The notes under the pieces: model-generated
Told to the model about the DNA's origin: nothing
What the model saw: the letters and a program-made list of their open reading frames with translations, nothing else
Database searches by the model: none
Assembly (NCBI GenBank): GCA_030390025.1
Contig: CM059433.1
Location: 10,604,001 to 10,668,000 of the forward strand
Length of the DNA stretch: 64,000 nt
Direction of reading: 5' to 3'
DNA from: Squalus acanthias
Taxonomy: Eukaryota
Part shown: positions 62,764 through 64,000 of the stretch, piece after piece
Layout: each line of letters opens with the position of its first letter
Position numbering within the stretch: the stretch's first letter is position 1
Translations under genes and position numbers: made by a program

Positions 62764-63357
62764 CTGAGAAATGAAAGTGCGCAGCGGCGAGGCGTGAAAG
62801 TGAAGTTGTTTTCTCTTGAGTTGCCAGCACCAGCGTTCGGGAGAAGAATCGCTGATTTTGGGAGATTCCCGCCCAAAGTGGTGGGGGGTGGTGGTGGGCG
62901 GGGGCTTGGCAACCCTTAGAGGAGATGGAGGAGAAAATTAGGAAAAGAAAAAAAGACTGTGAGTGCATGCCAGCACCATCCTTCATAATAAGTAAAAGTG
63001 AGCTTGTCGGCACTCTGGGGCGATTTCCCCCAGATACTGCAGGGCTAAAGACCCTCCCATGTGGCTAAGCTGGGGTCTTAAGCTGAAATGCTGGTTTAGC
63101 CCGTGTTTAGCGCAAGATGCCATCTTGGTAAAGGAGTTGAAGCCAGCGCTGGGAATGGCCGCCCAGAGTCTCGTTAAGGGGTTGATTGCCACTTAAAATG
63201 CCTGCTAACGCTCATTGAAGAGGCTGCTCGGCATTTTGCTGGCTGGCGTTTGTCCTAACGCCCTCTCCTAACAGCGACCAGCTGTTTGGGAGTAAACGCA
63301 GCGTTGATGTAGATTTCGAGCTCTACTTAAAGGGATACTCACCATTTCATGCTCACT

Positions 63358-63830
63358 AGTGTGTCAGCTGTGGCTCAGTGGATAGCACTCTCTCGCCTCG
63401 GAGTCAGAAGGTTGTGGGTTTCAGTCCCACTTCATGGGACTCACGCACATAAAGCTAGGCTGACACTCCAGTGCAGTGCTGAGGGAGTGCTGCACTGTCA
63501 GAGATGCTGTCTTTCGGATGAGACGTTAAACCGAGGCGCCGTCTGCTCTCTCAGGTGGACGTAAAAGATCCCATGGCACTATTTCGAAGAAGAGCAGGGG
63601 AGTTCTCCCCGGTGTCCTGGGGCCAATATTTATCCCTCAATCAACATAACAAAAACAGATTATCTGGTCATTGTCGCATTGCTGTTTGTGGGAGCTTGCT
63701 GTGCGCAAATTGGCTGCCACGTTTCCCACATTCCAACAGCGACTATACTCCAAAAAGTACTTCATTGGCTGTAAAGCACTTTGAGACGTCCTATGGTCGT
63801 GAAAGGCGCTATATAAATGCAAGTCTTTCT
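63358..63830 (+). mobile_element. Full-length Deu-domain SINE (SacSINE1/AmnSINE1-like)
   Basis: tRNA-like head, Deu core (gtaaaagatcccatggcactatttcgaagaagagcagggg) and LINE-shared 3' end ggcgctatataaatgcaag. Confidence 0.9.
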
Positions 63831-64000
63831 TTACTTGCTGCTGGAGCTGTGAAGAGGACCTCTGAAACACATCGGGAGACTTTCTGGGACACATTGTCAA
63901 GACTTCACCAACACTCCAGCAACATTTATTCCAGAAATTCTCTGAGGGCTTCACCTAAAGAGAGTGAGTGCTGTGCTACTCCACCTTACTGGACACATAT

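Overview
This is repeat-dominated eukaryotic DNA, not prokaryotic. The repeat families (CR1 and L2 LINEs, Deu-domain SacSINE1/AmnSINE1-like SINEs, an HE1-like V-SINE, Penelope-type hairpins) point to a cartilaginous fish, probably a shark; this is inferred from recognised families, not a database search. Most ORFs in the track are fragments or antisense shadows of retrotransposon ORF2, or come from tandem arrays. The window holds about 15 CR1 copies, one near full length (44502-49666, minus) with a 15-unit CCAAT-bearing 5' array and an expanded G-tract in ORF1. It also has decayed PIF/Harbinger transposase and spliced Myb/SANT partner genes with many MITEs, a TA-flanked Tc1/mariner-superfamily MITE, two solo-LTR-like elements (one 1.84 kb with clustered E2F motifs) and a homogeneous 22-bp minisatellite. 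The most striking structures are four short non-coding fold-back insertions from two Penelope-like families, with minimal hammerhead-ribozyme cores, a ~33-nt unpaired tail and, in three copies, 11-14 bp target duplications. One probable host terminal coding exon (62601-62763, minus) could not be identified. No rRNA, true tRNA gene or CRISPR array is supported. Boundaries of old repeats are approximate.
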